A stretch of 64,000 nt of DNA, taken from contig OX597817.1 of assembly GCA_951406725.2 (NCBI GenBank), positions 62,496,001-62,560,000 of the forward strand, read 5' to 3'. Made by a program: the position numbers and the translations under genes. The number at the start of each line of letters is the position of its first letter. The stretch's first letter is position 1. This DNA is from Octopus vulgaris. Lineage: Eukaryota. Below the pieces are notes generated by a model. It made no database searches, was not told the origin of the DNA, and saw nothing but the letters and a program-made list of their open reading frames with translations. This document shows positions 27,925-41,564 of the stretch, piece by piece.

Positions 27925-30900
27925 CATACATACATACATACATTTGTGTGCGCGCGAGTATAACATAATTTCATTTTATTTTTACTGTAATATTTAGTAG
28001 ATTTTTACATTACAATTATCGTCTGCTTTATCCTATTAGTAAAAGCAATCGATAAACATTTTTCCATATTTTCCAATTGTCTGGAATCAGAGAAGATATT
28101 TCATTTTATCGACCGTTTTTCACAACATAGATTTATTTTACTGGAACTCATATTCCACGAATAGTTCAATATTATATTTATACATCTAGAATCCAAATAA
28201 AACATAAAATAGATTTTTATATTCTCAAAGTCGCCAATTAATTTTATAAATATATACCATACTTCAATATATTTATTACAACACTATTTTTTAAACTATT
28301 TTCATGTGGGAAGATTCAATCTTGCCATTTTTGTATAATAAACTCCATGGATTTACTGCTAGTGTTTATTGTGATTTTTATCGTTTTGTATAATTCCAAG
28401 TAACTCCAGGTAGTATATGATAATCCAGGTAGTATATAATATTACATAGTCGAGTATCACCATTGTTTTTCTTTTCTGTTTTTAGATGGAATTGTACGAT
28501 GTACGAAAGGTTAAGCTGTTGGGAGTTTGATCGACCATACTTATTTTGCCTCGTTTATCAGCACAGTTATTTTCTCTCTGATGGTACCTGCTACACGGAC
28601 AAGTAAATGATGTAAAGTCAAGCGAGATCTCTTTCGAATAACAGGGAATAGAAAGAGCGTGTTTTATTTGGTGTTCCAACTTCGTCTGAGGATAAATTGC
28701 CTTCTAAATTTCATTCCGTTGTTTCGATTATGGAAGCGGTTTGGATAATAGATTTGTTTATTGACACGACAAGGCGCAGCAACAACGAAGATGATTAATC
28801 GACGTGTAAAATGCGATTATCTGTGGTTTACCAGTGTTTACACACTTAAATGTCACTGAATGGTTTGATAAAAGATCTGCAAAAGAACTTGCTTTCATTA
28901 ACTATAAATGTACGGCAAAAGAATTGGCTTTCATTAACTATAAATGTAAAAAGGCGGCAAGATGGCAGAATTGTTAACACGCTGGACAAAATACTTAACG
29001 GAAGACCGTCCGTCTTTACGTTCTGCGATGAATTGAGTACCTGTCGAGCACTGAGATCGCTGAAGTCGACTAGTTCACTCACAAATAATTCAGAGGTTGT
29101 GCCTATATTAGAAGGGATTAACTATAAATGAAAGACGGTGTGTCTCGAAAAATGTTCTGCGGTGTTTCGCCCGGGTCTTTACATTCTGGATTGAAATTTT
29201 GACTTTCGTCTTTTCGTGGTCAATAAAATGAAGTACCACTTAATTCCTAGGCTCGATGGTATCGATTAATCATATCCCCTAAAAATCCTGGTCTTGTGCC
29301 CAATGAAAAACCATTAAATATAAATTATGAAGCCATGAATTATTTGTTCCAGCTCTTTACTTTCTGAGTTAAATTCTCACTGAGGTCAGCATTACTTTTC
29401 ATCTTTCTGGGGCTCAATGAAATAAAGCATCTCTCAAATGAACTAGGTGCAAGAGTATAGACCAACTCATTGCTAACCTGTATATAAATTAGCAATCGTT
29501 AAATATTTATTGTAATGGAAGAATGGTTTGATTAATATGAATTCAATTAACACATGCGTAACATAGGAAATAAGATGGGTGGTACAAAGGTAAAAACGTT
29601 AAGGTGCCTCTTAAACGACTTGTGGTGCTTACTAAAGTTCATTGTCCTTCTGTCTAAAAATGATACCGAGATTGATTTTGTCTTCCATTTTCCAAGAGTC
29701 AATACAATGGAAACCACTCGTGAACAGTATCGACATAATCAACTTCTCCTTTGCCCCAAAATCAATAAAGCTGATAACCCTTTCACGTTTACCTCTGTTC
29801 AGCGAAAAATGAAGCAATTGTATTGATTCTATTTATACCCAATGTTGCATGAACAAAATAAGAATAATATCGTAGTAATGATAATAATAAAACGAAAGTT
29901 ATGCTGAGAAATGAATGCATTTCATTGACACAAGATCATGTAGTAGCGCAGATAAAGTTGTATAACATCTTGCAGAAAACACCAGATCTCCTCCAGCTAC
30001 CACCATCAAAAACAGCTTGAAGCAATGTATATGAAAAGTGGCTTTTATGGTAGAGAATGTCTACCATACAGAAGAAAGTTCAAATGAATTATATTAATAT
30101 TTTCGTTTCTATATATCTTCCGGAAAATTCTTATATGAATCAGTTATAAATACCTTAATTTCGTATAAGAAGATAATGCACGATTGAAATAACGTTTATC
30201 ATTTTTGTTTGTGTTGAATATAAGTAAACAAAATTTTGAATTGGATGCATGCAACAATAAAAAAATGAAGAAAATGCAAACGTTTTTCAACAAAAGAATA
30301 AGGTTAGTAACGCTTTTAGCTGTTTCATCACATGTTTGTTGGAGAAAATGGGTTTATGTTTGTGTGGATGCCATTTTGTGGAATGTAGAACATTCGCTGA
30401 GGTGGGTAGTCGAAAGCCATATGAAGTAACTCAAGCTACTTGGTAAAAAATTCGTCATTCATTCAACAAAGTTCTTTTTTTTTTATTTTGTGCAGAGGCA
30501 GACACATATTTTGAGAATTTTCTTTAAAAGCTAGAAACATAGAGTTGGGAGTGAGCATGTCTTTTCCCGAGGATATTAACGACGTAAATGAAGTAAAAAC
30601 AAGACTCTTACTAGTAATTTAGTTCATGAAATAATTACTCATGCTTTATGTGAACCACTCTCTCATAATTTTATTCCAGTTCCATTACAAGAAACTCTAT
30701 AAAGTTAAGGCACTCTAAGTAAGTGCATAGGCATGCATATTTGTGCTACTTTCAATGGATATGAAATAAACATACTTACCAATGTGGCATTATTATGCAA
30801 TGTCTGAAAAGTAACTGGAAATCCCAATTTAGAAGATGTGCTGTCAGTAAGTATTGATTTATTCTTCATGTTTCTTTATTAAACACTTCATCCGTTAATG

Positions 30901-31829
30901 TTCCATTTATAATAAAATCGATTGAACCAAGCAAGATAGTTTCTATTTAAATTTAAGGAGTGTTTTAAGGATGTTAATTTAGAAGAAGCATTTGAGTGCA
31001 AGACAAAAGGCTAATTTGTGAGTAGTTTCTTCTACCTAGTGTTCTGAGTTCAAAATATGATTGAGGCTATAACACCTCTCCCAACGTGGAACGTAATATT
31101 ATTAATATAGTGGATCGAAATCAATCCAGCCTGCAACAAACTGGGATACTAGAATTCTTTATGCGTTTTCAACTAATACAGGAATGATTAAAATCCCTTA
31201 AATTTGCTATGATCCGAAGTACCAGTTACAAAAGTGATCTATTATGTAATTTGGATATTTTCAAGATAAAATTACGACAATTATTTGTGCATCACTATAG
31301 TTCTCGAATGAAATTGTGGCATTGAAATACCTCAAAGCATGTTAAAATAACACTCCTTAAGTTCAACAATGTATTAACACTGAGGGCAACACAAATAATC
31401 ACTCTGATATATTTTATTTTTCTTTAATTGGAGTGTGACAGGCAGAGCTTTCTAATTATTAGAAGTAGTAACGAGATAGAAATGTCCCACAGTAAGTTGT
31501 ATAGATCACCTTTGACCTCATAGAATGATTGAAGATATGGTACAATAGATTGATTTCTTGTTGCTTTCTATTCTGCATAAGTGGTCTTCAGCGCAATATT
31601 AAAGAAGCGATCGAAAAGGAATGGTTAATACACATAAGGCTGATATATAGTTGTTTGGGTGCTTCGAATTTTACCATTTGTAGTGCCCCTCCCCTTAAAA
31701 GATCAGATATTCGTTCAATACAATTTTGTCCTGTAATGTATATTAAATCAAATGAAAATAACTCATGTATGCTTACAATGTACACACATTCAAATACACA
31801 CACACACATATCCATACAGCTACCATCCC

Positions 31830-32051
31830 TTATATGGGCCCGGTATCCCGGTTTCAATGGCGTATGTATTCGCCAGCTGGATGGGGTGCCAGTCCATCGC
31901 AGCGTTACTCATTTTTGCCAGCTTGGTGGACTGGAGCAACGTGAAATGAAGTGTTTTGCTCAAGAACACAACACGTCGCCCGGTCCAGGAATGGAAACCA
32001 CAATCTTACGATCATGATGCTGACACCCTAACCACTAAGACACGCGCCTCC
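31830..32051 (-). mobile_element. tRNA-derived SINE (family 3-like head, different tail)
   Basis: Minus strand ggaggcgcgtgtcttagtggttagggtgtcagc...ggtttccattcctggaccggg. Confidence 0.75.
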
Positions 32052-32636
32052 ACACACACACACACACTCACACACACACATACACACACACACACACACA
32101 TACACATATATATACATGCATACGTACATACAGAAAAAGACGGAGAATATTTGCTAGTCATCATAATAATAAAGTGTTATAGCAACATCATAAAAATTGT
32201 ATCGATCTACTTCCATACTATTTGCGCTGATTGTAATTAAAATAAAGTCATATAAACTTCGGAGGAGATATTGATGAACGTCTGCAAGTTATACACATTT
32301 TTATGGGAGACAGGTTACAAACGTATAAAAAATATTAACTGGAAAATTGAGGGATTTTTTTCGCTCCGTATTGCTTTATTTTATACATGATAACAATGTT
32401 ATTAAACGTAATTTTGTTCCTTCCTGTTTTCTATACTCTGACACGATAATGAAGGTTCGCTGCAATTTACCATGCAGTAAATATTGATGATAGACAATAT
32501 GGTGATTTATAGTTAAATATACTCCTGTATCAAACCTAATCTTAATGTGATATGAGATTGCTATCGATTTTTGGGAGGTTTCTTCATTGTTTTTATATTT
32601 TTTGTCGGTTTTGTTATACATATACGTACATATAGG

Positions 32637-32704
<68 letters not shown>

Positions 32705-33102
32705 CAGATAGATGGATAGATAGACAGAGAGAGAGTGGGGGAGATAGAGATAGAGAGGGAGGGGAAGATAGAGATAGAGAGAGAGATATATAAAAATGGA
32801 CAAACAGATTACCATGTGACTCATATAACGAGAGTTTCGTGCATTGTAGTCATCAGCCTCTCTTTGATAAGAGTCATGTGCTAAACTCACGCCACCTAAG
32901 TCACTTTTGTAAATTTTCATCGGTTAAAATAAATAAATAAATACGTTCTCGAGAATTTAACTCTATCCGGCTTACTCTACCGACCCTATATATAAATATA
33001 TTGAAAGTTACAGAAATAATTTATTCTCAAACACATAATAATGCTAATCAAATAGCATGAACAGGATAAACTATACACATGTTGCAGAAAAATTCGTTAC
33101 CC

Positions 33103-33171
33103 GCCAGCCATGAGACTCGAACTGACATCCCTGTGATTACGCGTCAAATGCTTTACCTTCAAGCTACACTA
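33103..33171 (-). tRNA. tRNA-Thr(CGU)-like pseudo-tRNA inside a repeat cassette
   Basis: D arm GCUU/AAGC, anticodon loop CG-CGU-AA, T loop UUCGAGU, downstream T5; acceptor and T stems imperfect, so probably not a functional tRNA; homologous to the 5267-5547 arms. Confidence 0.5.
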
Positions 33172-33283
33172 AACAACAAACTTTTTTCGCTTACTTTCAT
33201 CGTAAGTTGAATTTAATGTTAGCATCATATATATATATATATGGTGTGTGTATATGTGCATATATATATATATACACACACAC

Positions 33284-33343
<60 letters not shown>

Positions 33344-33349
33344 TATATA

Positions 33350-33638
33350 ATTAATACACAAATATGAGAGAGAATCCGCTATGTGGACGCTCTTACGCTA
33401 GATATAGATCCGCAAAGGATCTTAGTGTGCTAGAAATTTTTTCTTCAGAACAATTCTTAGTGGTTGAGTCCCTTTGCGGATCTATATCTAGCGTAAGAGC
33501 GTCCACATAGTGGATTCTCTCTCATATTTGTGTATTGATAATATTTACTGAATCTCAGTCTTTTTGCGCAAGGCCACTGGAGTTTAAATTGATGTTATTA
33601 AATTAATATCCAATTTTTTCACCCTCATTTTGACTTTA

Positions 33639-33640
<2 letters not shown>
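33350..33640. mobile_element. Fold-back cassette (69 bp arms, 52 bp spacer) plus tail, between (TA)n tracts
   Basis: 33350-33418 is a near-perfect reverse complement of 33471-33539; spacer carries CUGAAGA on the minus strand. Confidence 0.8.
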
Positions 33641-33692
<52 letters not shown>

Positions 33693-34732
33693 TATATATA
33701 CATATATATGTACATATATATGTAGTACATATGTCTATATGTATACGTGAATGTCGAACGGTGATAATGAGTGCTCAACACCGCATTCGTGGACAGAATT
33801 TCACTGGTTTAATAGAGGTCTTACTTGCAAACCTGGTAAACGTGCATATTCGGTCGATTTCATGATAACCATTAAAACACACTCTGCAAGCTGCTGGCTT
33901 CACGCCCGTGAAATTTTTTTCATTCAAACTGGGACAGATACCAATAGGCGAATCTTAGTCTTCCAATCAAAATCAGATATATTCAAGTTGTTTTACACAA
34001 TTACTCAAAAGTCATTGCGATGCAGGTTCTGAAAGCAATCTCTTCAATCTTGACAATTTTTCAAGAGCATCACATGACAAATATAATGCAAACAAATTTA
34101 TCATCAAGTATGACGGTTTTCCCGAGAGTCAAATCCAAGGGAGATAACAACACAAGAGATGTCATCCCAGAATAGCGCTCTTTGATTTATTATTTTCTTC
34201 CCGACAATCTCCGCGAATACAACGAGACTTTGTGTTTTTATACAAAATGGAGACGAACACCATTTCTCTATGAGATTGGCTTGAAAACTTGTTAAGATAT
34301 TAAGATATTTTCTTAACATGAAACCAAAGGCATCAGTAATACATGAAGCCCAGCGCTATAGTAGAAGACGCCCGATTTCCACGCAGTGACACTGAACCGT
34401 GAACCTCGTGGTTGGGAAGAAATCTTCTTACCATACAGACACGACTGGGCGACTGGGACTATATATATATAGGCGGGTACTTCCGGGCAGTCAGTTATAT
34501 TCCAGGTTATGGCTAATCGCATCGAGTTGTAAAGAGCACCTAGGATTACTTAAAGTAAGCAATCTCACTGTGTATCATACGTTGAGTAAATTCTGGGTCA
34601 CTTCGCTGGACTATAGATATTTTATTGAGTATAAACCTGAAACAATTACAATGAATACGGAATTAGTACGGAAGTAGATTAACAAATAGTGAACGGATCG
34701 GCACATCTTAACCCAACGATAATCATATTTCC

Positions 34733-34776
<44 letters not shown>

Positions 34777-36459
34777 CCAGCATCACCATCATCATCATCG
34801 CCAATATCATCATTATTATCATAAACCACCACTACCTTCATCATCATCATCATCAACATCATCACCGTCATCATCATTATCAACATCACTATCACCAACA
34901 TTATAATCTTGTGAGAAATATTGCACCGTTAGCTTGAGAATATCCCGATAATTAAGTTCTTTTTTTTTTTGAAAAAATAGGCTAATGAGAAACAATTTTA
35001 GAGGAGAAAAAAATTAATGTTTAAATTCATTGTTAAAGCCCATTTTCCTATTCGCATGCACATTAAGGAAACAAACGAAGGTAACACGAGAAATTTAAAG
35101 AGAGAAAAATGGAAGATGCCGTGAGGTGTCAATTTATAGAAAACAGGTAATCGAAATATAATTGATCGAAAGCAGTGGCTCCATAAAATAAGTGACCGAA
35201 GTAACAATTTTCTGAATCAATTTCAACAGAAAACTGAAAGACAGGAACTGCTTATTGGAAATACTATTTTTACTATTTAATACCTTAAATATATTTAAGG
35301 TGGTGAGATGCCAGGACCATTAGCACAGCGGGCAAAATTCATGGCGGTAATTCGTCCGTCTTTATGTTTTGATTTCAAATCAGGTCAAAATCGACTTTCC
35401 CCGAGCAGGTCCGATAAAATACGTTCTAGCTGAGCATTAGGCTCGATGTAATTGACTTATCGCCTCCCCCGGAACTGCGGGCATTGTGCCAAAATTTGCA
35501 GGCACTATGTTTTATCTTTTGTTTCAGTTATTGTACTTCGACTATGCTAGGATATCATCTGGAAAGGTTTGGTCAAAGAAATCGAACTTAGCACTTATTT
35601 TATTAATCCGTTATGCATTTTATTGCTTTCTTTTAATGAACCGCTAAATTAGGAGGACGTAAACAAACTAACACCAGTTTTTAAGCGGCGGGGAACGAAC
35701 ACAAATGCAAGACGCACATATCTATACATACATACACACATAGGTACATATATAAATATGTACCGATGGGGCTTGATCGGGATGCAAAGGGTAGGTTCCT
35801 AGCATTTTCAGATTTATAAATTCTCGAAATATTATGTTGATGACGGAAATGAATTTGTATAATTCTAATTCAGAAACGCATCCATAATTAATCGAAGACT
35901 GTTTGATTTCGTTATTTTCCTTCTTTTTGCCTATGTGAATTACAAATATTGTTATCTGTGGAGTCATATCTGTAGTAAAAAGGAATGAGCTGTCTTTCGC
36001 TGCTATTTCTAAATTTTTGGTATGTGGTGAAGCAACTTGTTGCTTAATCCTTAATCATATATATATATATATGTTCTCACGCACACATATACACAGACAA
36101 CAGATTTCACACAGTTTCTGCTTGCCAAATTTTCTCTGAAGGAATTGGTCGGGCATGGGCTACAGAAGAAGACACACACCCAACGTGTCACGCGCGTAAT
36201 GGGCCTGAATTCGTAACCTCGTGGTTGTCGGTCGAGCTTCTTAGCCACATAATAATACCTACGCCTAACGAAAAATTTAGAGCGGTTTGATTTGATTGAA
36301 ACAAAATAATTACATAGAGAGAGAGTCTTCATTGTTAACAACATAGAAGTCACACAAATATTACTACAAACAGCCTCAGGTGTGACTTTGCTACCATGAA
36401 TTTGTTGATGTTCATTATATAGTTCTATATAGTTCTATGGCAGCCTTCGTTGAACAGGC

Positions 36460-37100
36460 GTATAGCCAGAGGGGTATCTAAGACTACAACCTGTAATATA
36501 AACTTCACTTGATACGATTCGTAACAGATGCGGTTTAAAAAAATACACTTGTTCCTTCCAGTATGTTAAGAGGTTCACGCTGCAATATATTTCATGAATT
36601 CGATGTTGATGAAGTTGTATGCGATGAGGCAAATTTCGATGTTTCTGTGCTTTTAGATAAGTCGAAAATCCATAGAGCGATATATTTTCGTCCTTTTCTG
36701 TATTAAATTCAAAACTACAGTAATTTTTAAAAGGCGATGTATTCTAAATGTATGTTAAGAACCTCCTTTTCTTAGTAGAGAACGATGGGTGTTATTGAAA
36801 ACAGCGTTCCATTGAGATATTTATTCATAAATCATATGAATTTCACCTTGTTTTAATATCCATCACGACGACGCTCTTGCATGCATCAACGAAGCTGTTT
36901 CTGGGTTTGAGGGATTTTTGTGTCTTTCATCTATAGCACTTCTTCACCCAGAAGGTGTGTTTGATGAAGTCTCAGCTTGCATCCCAATAGCAAGAAACCA
37001 CTAGTGTTCTCTCTTTATCCAAAGCGACCCAGTGACCTTCACTGCAGTTTCAGTATGGAAGTTATAACTTTCTTCTCTGCTGCACTAGTAACACTGATCC
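36460..37100 (-). mobile_element. Possible hAT relic (TIR-like end and dimerisation-domain remnants)
   Basis: caggcgtatagccagagggg end; minus-strand VTSAAE...LKL...SGFLLLGM and SFSTKKRRFLTYI*NT resemble VTxAxAERSFSxLKxIKTYLR. Confidence 0.3.
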
Positions 37101-37694
37101 CAATCAGAGATTTGCAGAGTGAATATCCCACCAAACTTCACGAATAATAAAATGTTATAAGAGCAAAGAATACAAATACAGTAGAATATTTTATTTGTGC
37201 CCAAATCACTCATATTTAAGTTAAGTCACAACTATACATAAGAGACATACGAAAAACCAAAGCTCTGTGCAGCAAAAAAAAGTACATAGTTGTTTAAGAC
37301 GTTAATCGTAACTCTCTGGTAATGTAATTGCCTTCAATATATAACCCGATGCCTAAAGACAAAGTTACAGGAAATATAGACTTAAATGTGAAATTGTAAA
37401 TTTATCCCCAGTAACAGCCAATTTGTAATATCCTTTACATGGTTCACAAATAGCAAACTCATTTAAAATGTGCTGCGTAACACCAGATCAATGCGATTCA
37501 AGCAGATATTGAACCATGTCATCTCATATGTACCTATGACTATATCACTGAATGTGCTCTGCTTTCCTGTGACAACAAGCTTTTCGAATCTAAAGTGATA
37601 TTGTTTTTATTTCTAGCATGACAAGTACCACATAGATGCTCCATCATTGAGTCATATATACTTATATACACATGTATATAGGCGCAGATGTATA

Positions 37695-37855
37695 GGCGCA
37701 GGAGTAGCTTGCTTACCAGCCACATGGTTCTGGGTTCAGTCCTACTGCGTGACATCTTGGGCAAGTATCTTCTACTATAGCCTCGGGTCGACCAAAGCCT
37801 TGTGAGTGGATTTGGTAGACGAAAACTGAAAGAAATCTGTCGTATATATGTGTAG

Positions 37856-37895
<40 letters not shown>

Positions 37896-38110
37896 TTGTG
37901 TGTCTGTGTCCCCCCCTCCAACATCACTTGACAACCGATGCTGGTGTGTTTATGTCCCCGTAACTTAGCGGTTCGGCAAAAGAGACCGATAGAATAAGTA
38001 CTGGGCTTACAAAGAATATGTCCTGGGGGCGATTTAGTCGACTAAAGGCAGTGCTCCAGCATGGCCGCAGTCAAATGACTGAAACAAGTAAAAGAGTAAA
38101 AAGAGTAAAG
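37695..38110 (+). mobile_element. SINE family 1, near full length
   Basis: High similarity to 23450-23860. Confidence 0.92.
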
Positions 38111-39221
38111 AGATGTGAGTGTATGTTCACATTAAGAAACATAGCATGTGATTCGAACGAAAGTAGATATGGTTTGTGTGATATGTTTGAGGGCTGAATT
38201 TCAATACATTTAATTACATCACTAAATAAATATCTTTTTCCATTATGTTTAAATCATCAGTTCTTAGGACAATCGGATTTTTCAACTGATGAGAAAATGG
38301 GAAAAGTGAACATAAGCAGATTTTTTGTATAAATATGATGACAAATTCAAATCCCTAGTCTATTTGCCGCCAGTTGATCCTGTCAGAAAATCGAAGCAGA
38401 CACATCTACAGATATTATAATGAAGAAAAAGGAGAGTAAAAAGGAAGGCAAACGGGACTACCACAAAGATTGCCATCATTATCATCATCACCACTATGAT
38501 CACTGCCGCATCTCATCCAGCATTTTCACGCATCACTACTACCGACAACTTACTCCATCTTCTTATTCGCGTAAACAAATGCATACAACTATGCGTGTGT
38601 GTATGTGTGTATGTGTGTTTGTGCGTGCGTGTGTGTGTGCACGAGCGCACGTGTACAAAGCAAAACAGAGCCCCAGAAGTTATGAGTTGAGTCGGCAGAA
38701 TCCAAGAAGGCAGTGTATGACTCAGCATGACATTTTAAGAAGACATAGCATACTGAATTGTACCCTACCGGGTCGTGTCCGCAGTTTCAGAGTCTTTCTT
38801 CAAGGTAAAGATTACAGAAGGGAAATAAAGACGATATAGTTTAACACTTTGTTATATTTAATAAACTGGCTGCAGCTGATGGGGAACTTAAAATGCTGTG
38901 AGTTTGTATATGTAGACAGGAAGAAGAAATAATATCAATGGAAAAGGAAATAAGAACGAAAATAAGAAGAGGAGAAACGGGTGAAGATTAGGTGGAGGGG
39001 TAAAATTTAGACAAAATGTGAGCTAATATTTAAGACTGGGATCACTGCACTAAACGGAGATGCAGGAAGGAAAGAAAACACTCATTAAAACCTGTTGATG
39101 ACATGGTTCCTAGTTAGAAGATGAGAGACAATATTCTGTGTTTTACTTGGTGAGCGAATTCATAAATATGTCAAGATGCCCGCGCCCTCATTATTTGCAA
39201 ATGTGATGTCTCGTTGTGTTT

Positions 39222-40796
39222 AAGAATTCATTACTAAATCAATTGAATTCATCCTACATAATAACCACTTCATGTTTGACAATACAATTTACCGTCAAAA
39301 ATCCGGAATTGTTATGGGTACAAGGGCAGCACCAGTCATTGCGAACCTAACAATGGGCTACCTGGAAATAATAATTTACCAGGAATCTTTATCAATCTTT
39401 GGAAACCCCCTCTCTCAATACATAAAAGCGAATTGGAAACGATTCCTGGACGATTGTTTTATACTCTGGAATGAAAACACAGATAAACTCCTAAAATTCA
39501 AAAACCTATTGAACAGCATAAACCCAAATATACAGTTCACAATGGAATACAACCAAAAGGAGCTCCCATTCTTGGATATACTAATTAAAAAATTAACCTT
39601 AAAATAGAAACAGACATTTTTTACAAAGCCACAGACGCCAAACAATACCTACTTTTTGATTCATGCCACCCAAGACACACTAAAACAAACATCCCCTTCA
39701 ACCTTGCAAGAAGGATATGCACAATAGTGTCAGAATAAAAAATACCAGGAACTTTAGACTACAAGAACTCAAAAACACCCTAATTGACAGACATTACCCA
39801 GCTCAACTCATAGAGGATGGGATCAGACGGGCAACAGAAATCGACATAGAAACTTAGAGAAAAGTTCAACACAACAACACACCTTCCCCGAAAATACTAC
39901 CTTACATATCCACATACAATCCCAGAACCAAAGAAGCCTTCACCATCATCACCCAGAATTTACCAATACTTCATACGGACCCCAAATTGAAGGAAATTCT
40001 AAACATACACAAAATCATTGAAAGCTACAAACAACCTAAATCACTTATAAAGATTCTCACAAAGGCAAAATTGTTTTCTGAAATTACGGATGCAAAAGTA
40101 AAAAAATGCGGCAGACCGAACTGTGCAACATGTCCAAACCTGCTAGAAGGATCAGAATTCCTCTTCAAAGAGGGACAAAAATTCAAGATCAAATCTAATT
40201 TTACTTGTGCCTCTGAAAACATAATTTATGTCATAAGATGCTCGGGCTGCCACCAAAACTACGTGGGGTCCACGGGACTATCACTCAGACGTAGATGCAC
40301 ACTGCATCGACAACAGATTGCATTCCCAGAATACAGAATGATACCCTTTAGTGAACACATTGAGAAATGCGCAAAGCAACTACTACCACAATTTTTAATC
40401 TTTCCATTTTACCAATGTGCTATTGGAACACCAACACAAATTAGACTAAACAAGGAAACATTTTTCATTGAAAAATATACGCCCAAACTTAACCACTCCA
40501 ACATTCTTATACTGAGAAACTCCCCCCCCCCCAAAAAAGGCAAGAAATATTAAGCGATTATCTCCCTTACACCGGAAGAAATCACTTATTACCTCCCCTT
40601 ACCCGGAACTCTTTTTTACACTTCTCAACGAAACCATAACGATGTAAGAAATTTGAAAAGCTGAACGCGAAACCGGTCTTTCTTCAAAAACTATGTCATT
40701 GTATGAAAAAATTTATAACATTCTTCTGACATAATGACTCAAATATATATTTTTTAACCTTTTAAAACAAGCCTTCTGTAGTTTTTTCACTTTTTA

Positions 40797-40800
<4 letters not shown>
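39222..40800 (+). mobile_element. 5'-truncated Penelope-like retroelement (RT C-half, thumb, Cys/His linker, GIY-YIG endonuclease), disrupted
   Basis: YRQKSGIVMGTRAAPVIANLTMG, WKRFLDDCF, FTME...LPFLD, TDIFYKAT...YLLFDSCHP, CGRPNCATC, NIIYVIRCSGCHQNYVGSTG-SLRRR..H; frameshift near 39600, stop near 39736; ends in (TA)n. Confidence 0.95.
40646..40684 (+). ncRNA. Minimal HHR fold in the PLE 3' region, core mutated
   Basis: AAGAAA / UUUGAAAA / GC-UGAAC-GC / GAAA-CCGG-UC / UUUCUU: perfect stem I, palindromic ACCGGU stem III, GUC triplet; the CUGANGA box deviates. Confidence 0.6.
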
Positions 40801-40849
<49 letters not shown>

Positions 40850-41510
40850 TATACATATATATATATATATTAATGTATAGATATATGTATGTATATATGT
40901 ATGCATATATATATATATATAAATATTTATATACATATATATATGCATATATATATACACACACATATATAGTATGCGTTCACAATTTAAGTATTATTTA
41001 CATCACAAGTAATTTGTCAAAAGCATTACGCACAGACACAAACACCGATAGTCACATGTACACACGCGCACATACATATACATGCGCGCGCGCGTGTATG
41101 TGAGCATGTATGTGCGTATGACACGTGAGAAAAATTTGCAAAATGAAGAAAAGTAAAAACTGTTCAAAAGCAGAAACAATACAAACATATGAAATGAAGA
41201 AAATATCCTAAGAGTAATTCCTGAATATATCTCCTTCCATTTTCTTTATTTTGTATGTTTATCTTTGTTGTCTTTTCTTGCCAAAATTGAGACGGTTGTC
41301 TCCGAATCTTTTCGAATACTTCTCAAAGTATGACATCGCTTATCCACAACAAAATACAGTAAAAAACACACACAAAAAAAGAAAGAATGAGAAAAAAAAA
41401 GGAAATTGGAATTCACAAGATTCTTTATTGATCACAACGATCGTATTAGTACATCTTGCATCGGTCGATCGCGTGTGAGATACTGTACTATTGGATGTGG
41501 CGCATATATA

Positions 41511-41559
<49 letters not shown>

Positions 41560-41564
<5 letters not shown>

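Noticed and set aside
33750-34330. Moderately complex stretch with short ORFs
   Set aside because: No recognisable protein motif or splice structure by eye; possibly an old transposon relic
38680-38812. Possible promoter or first exon (TGACTCA, CAAG/GTAAAG donor)
   Set aside because: Motifs too short to distinguish from chance without expression data
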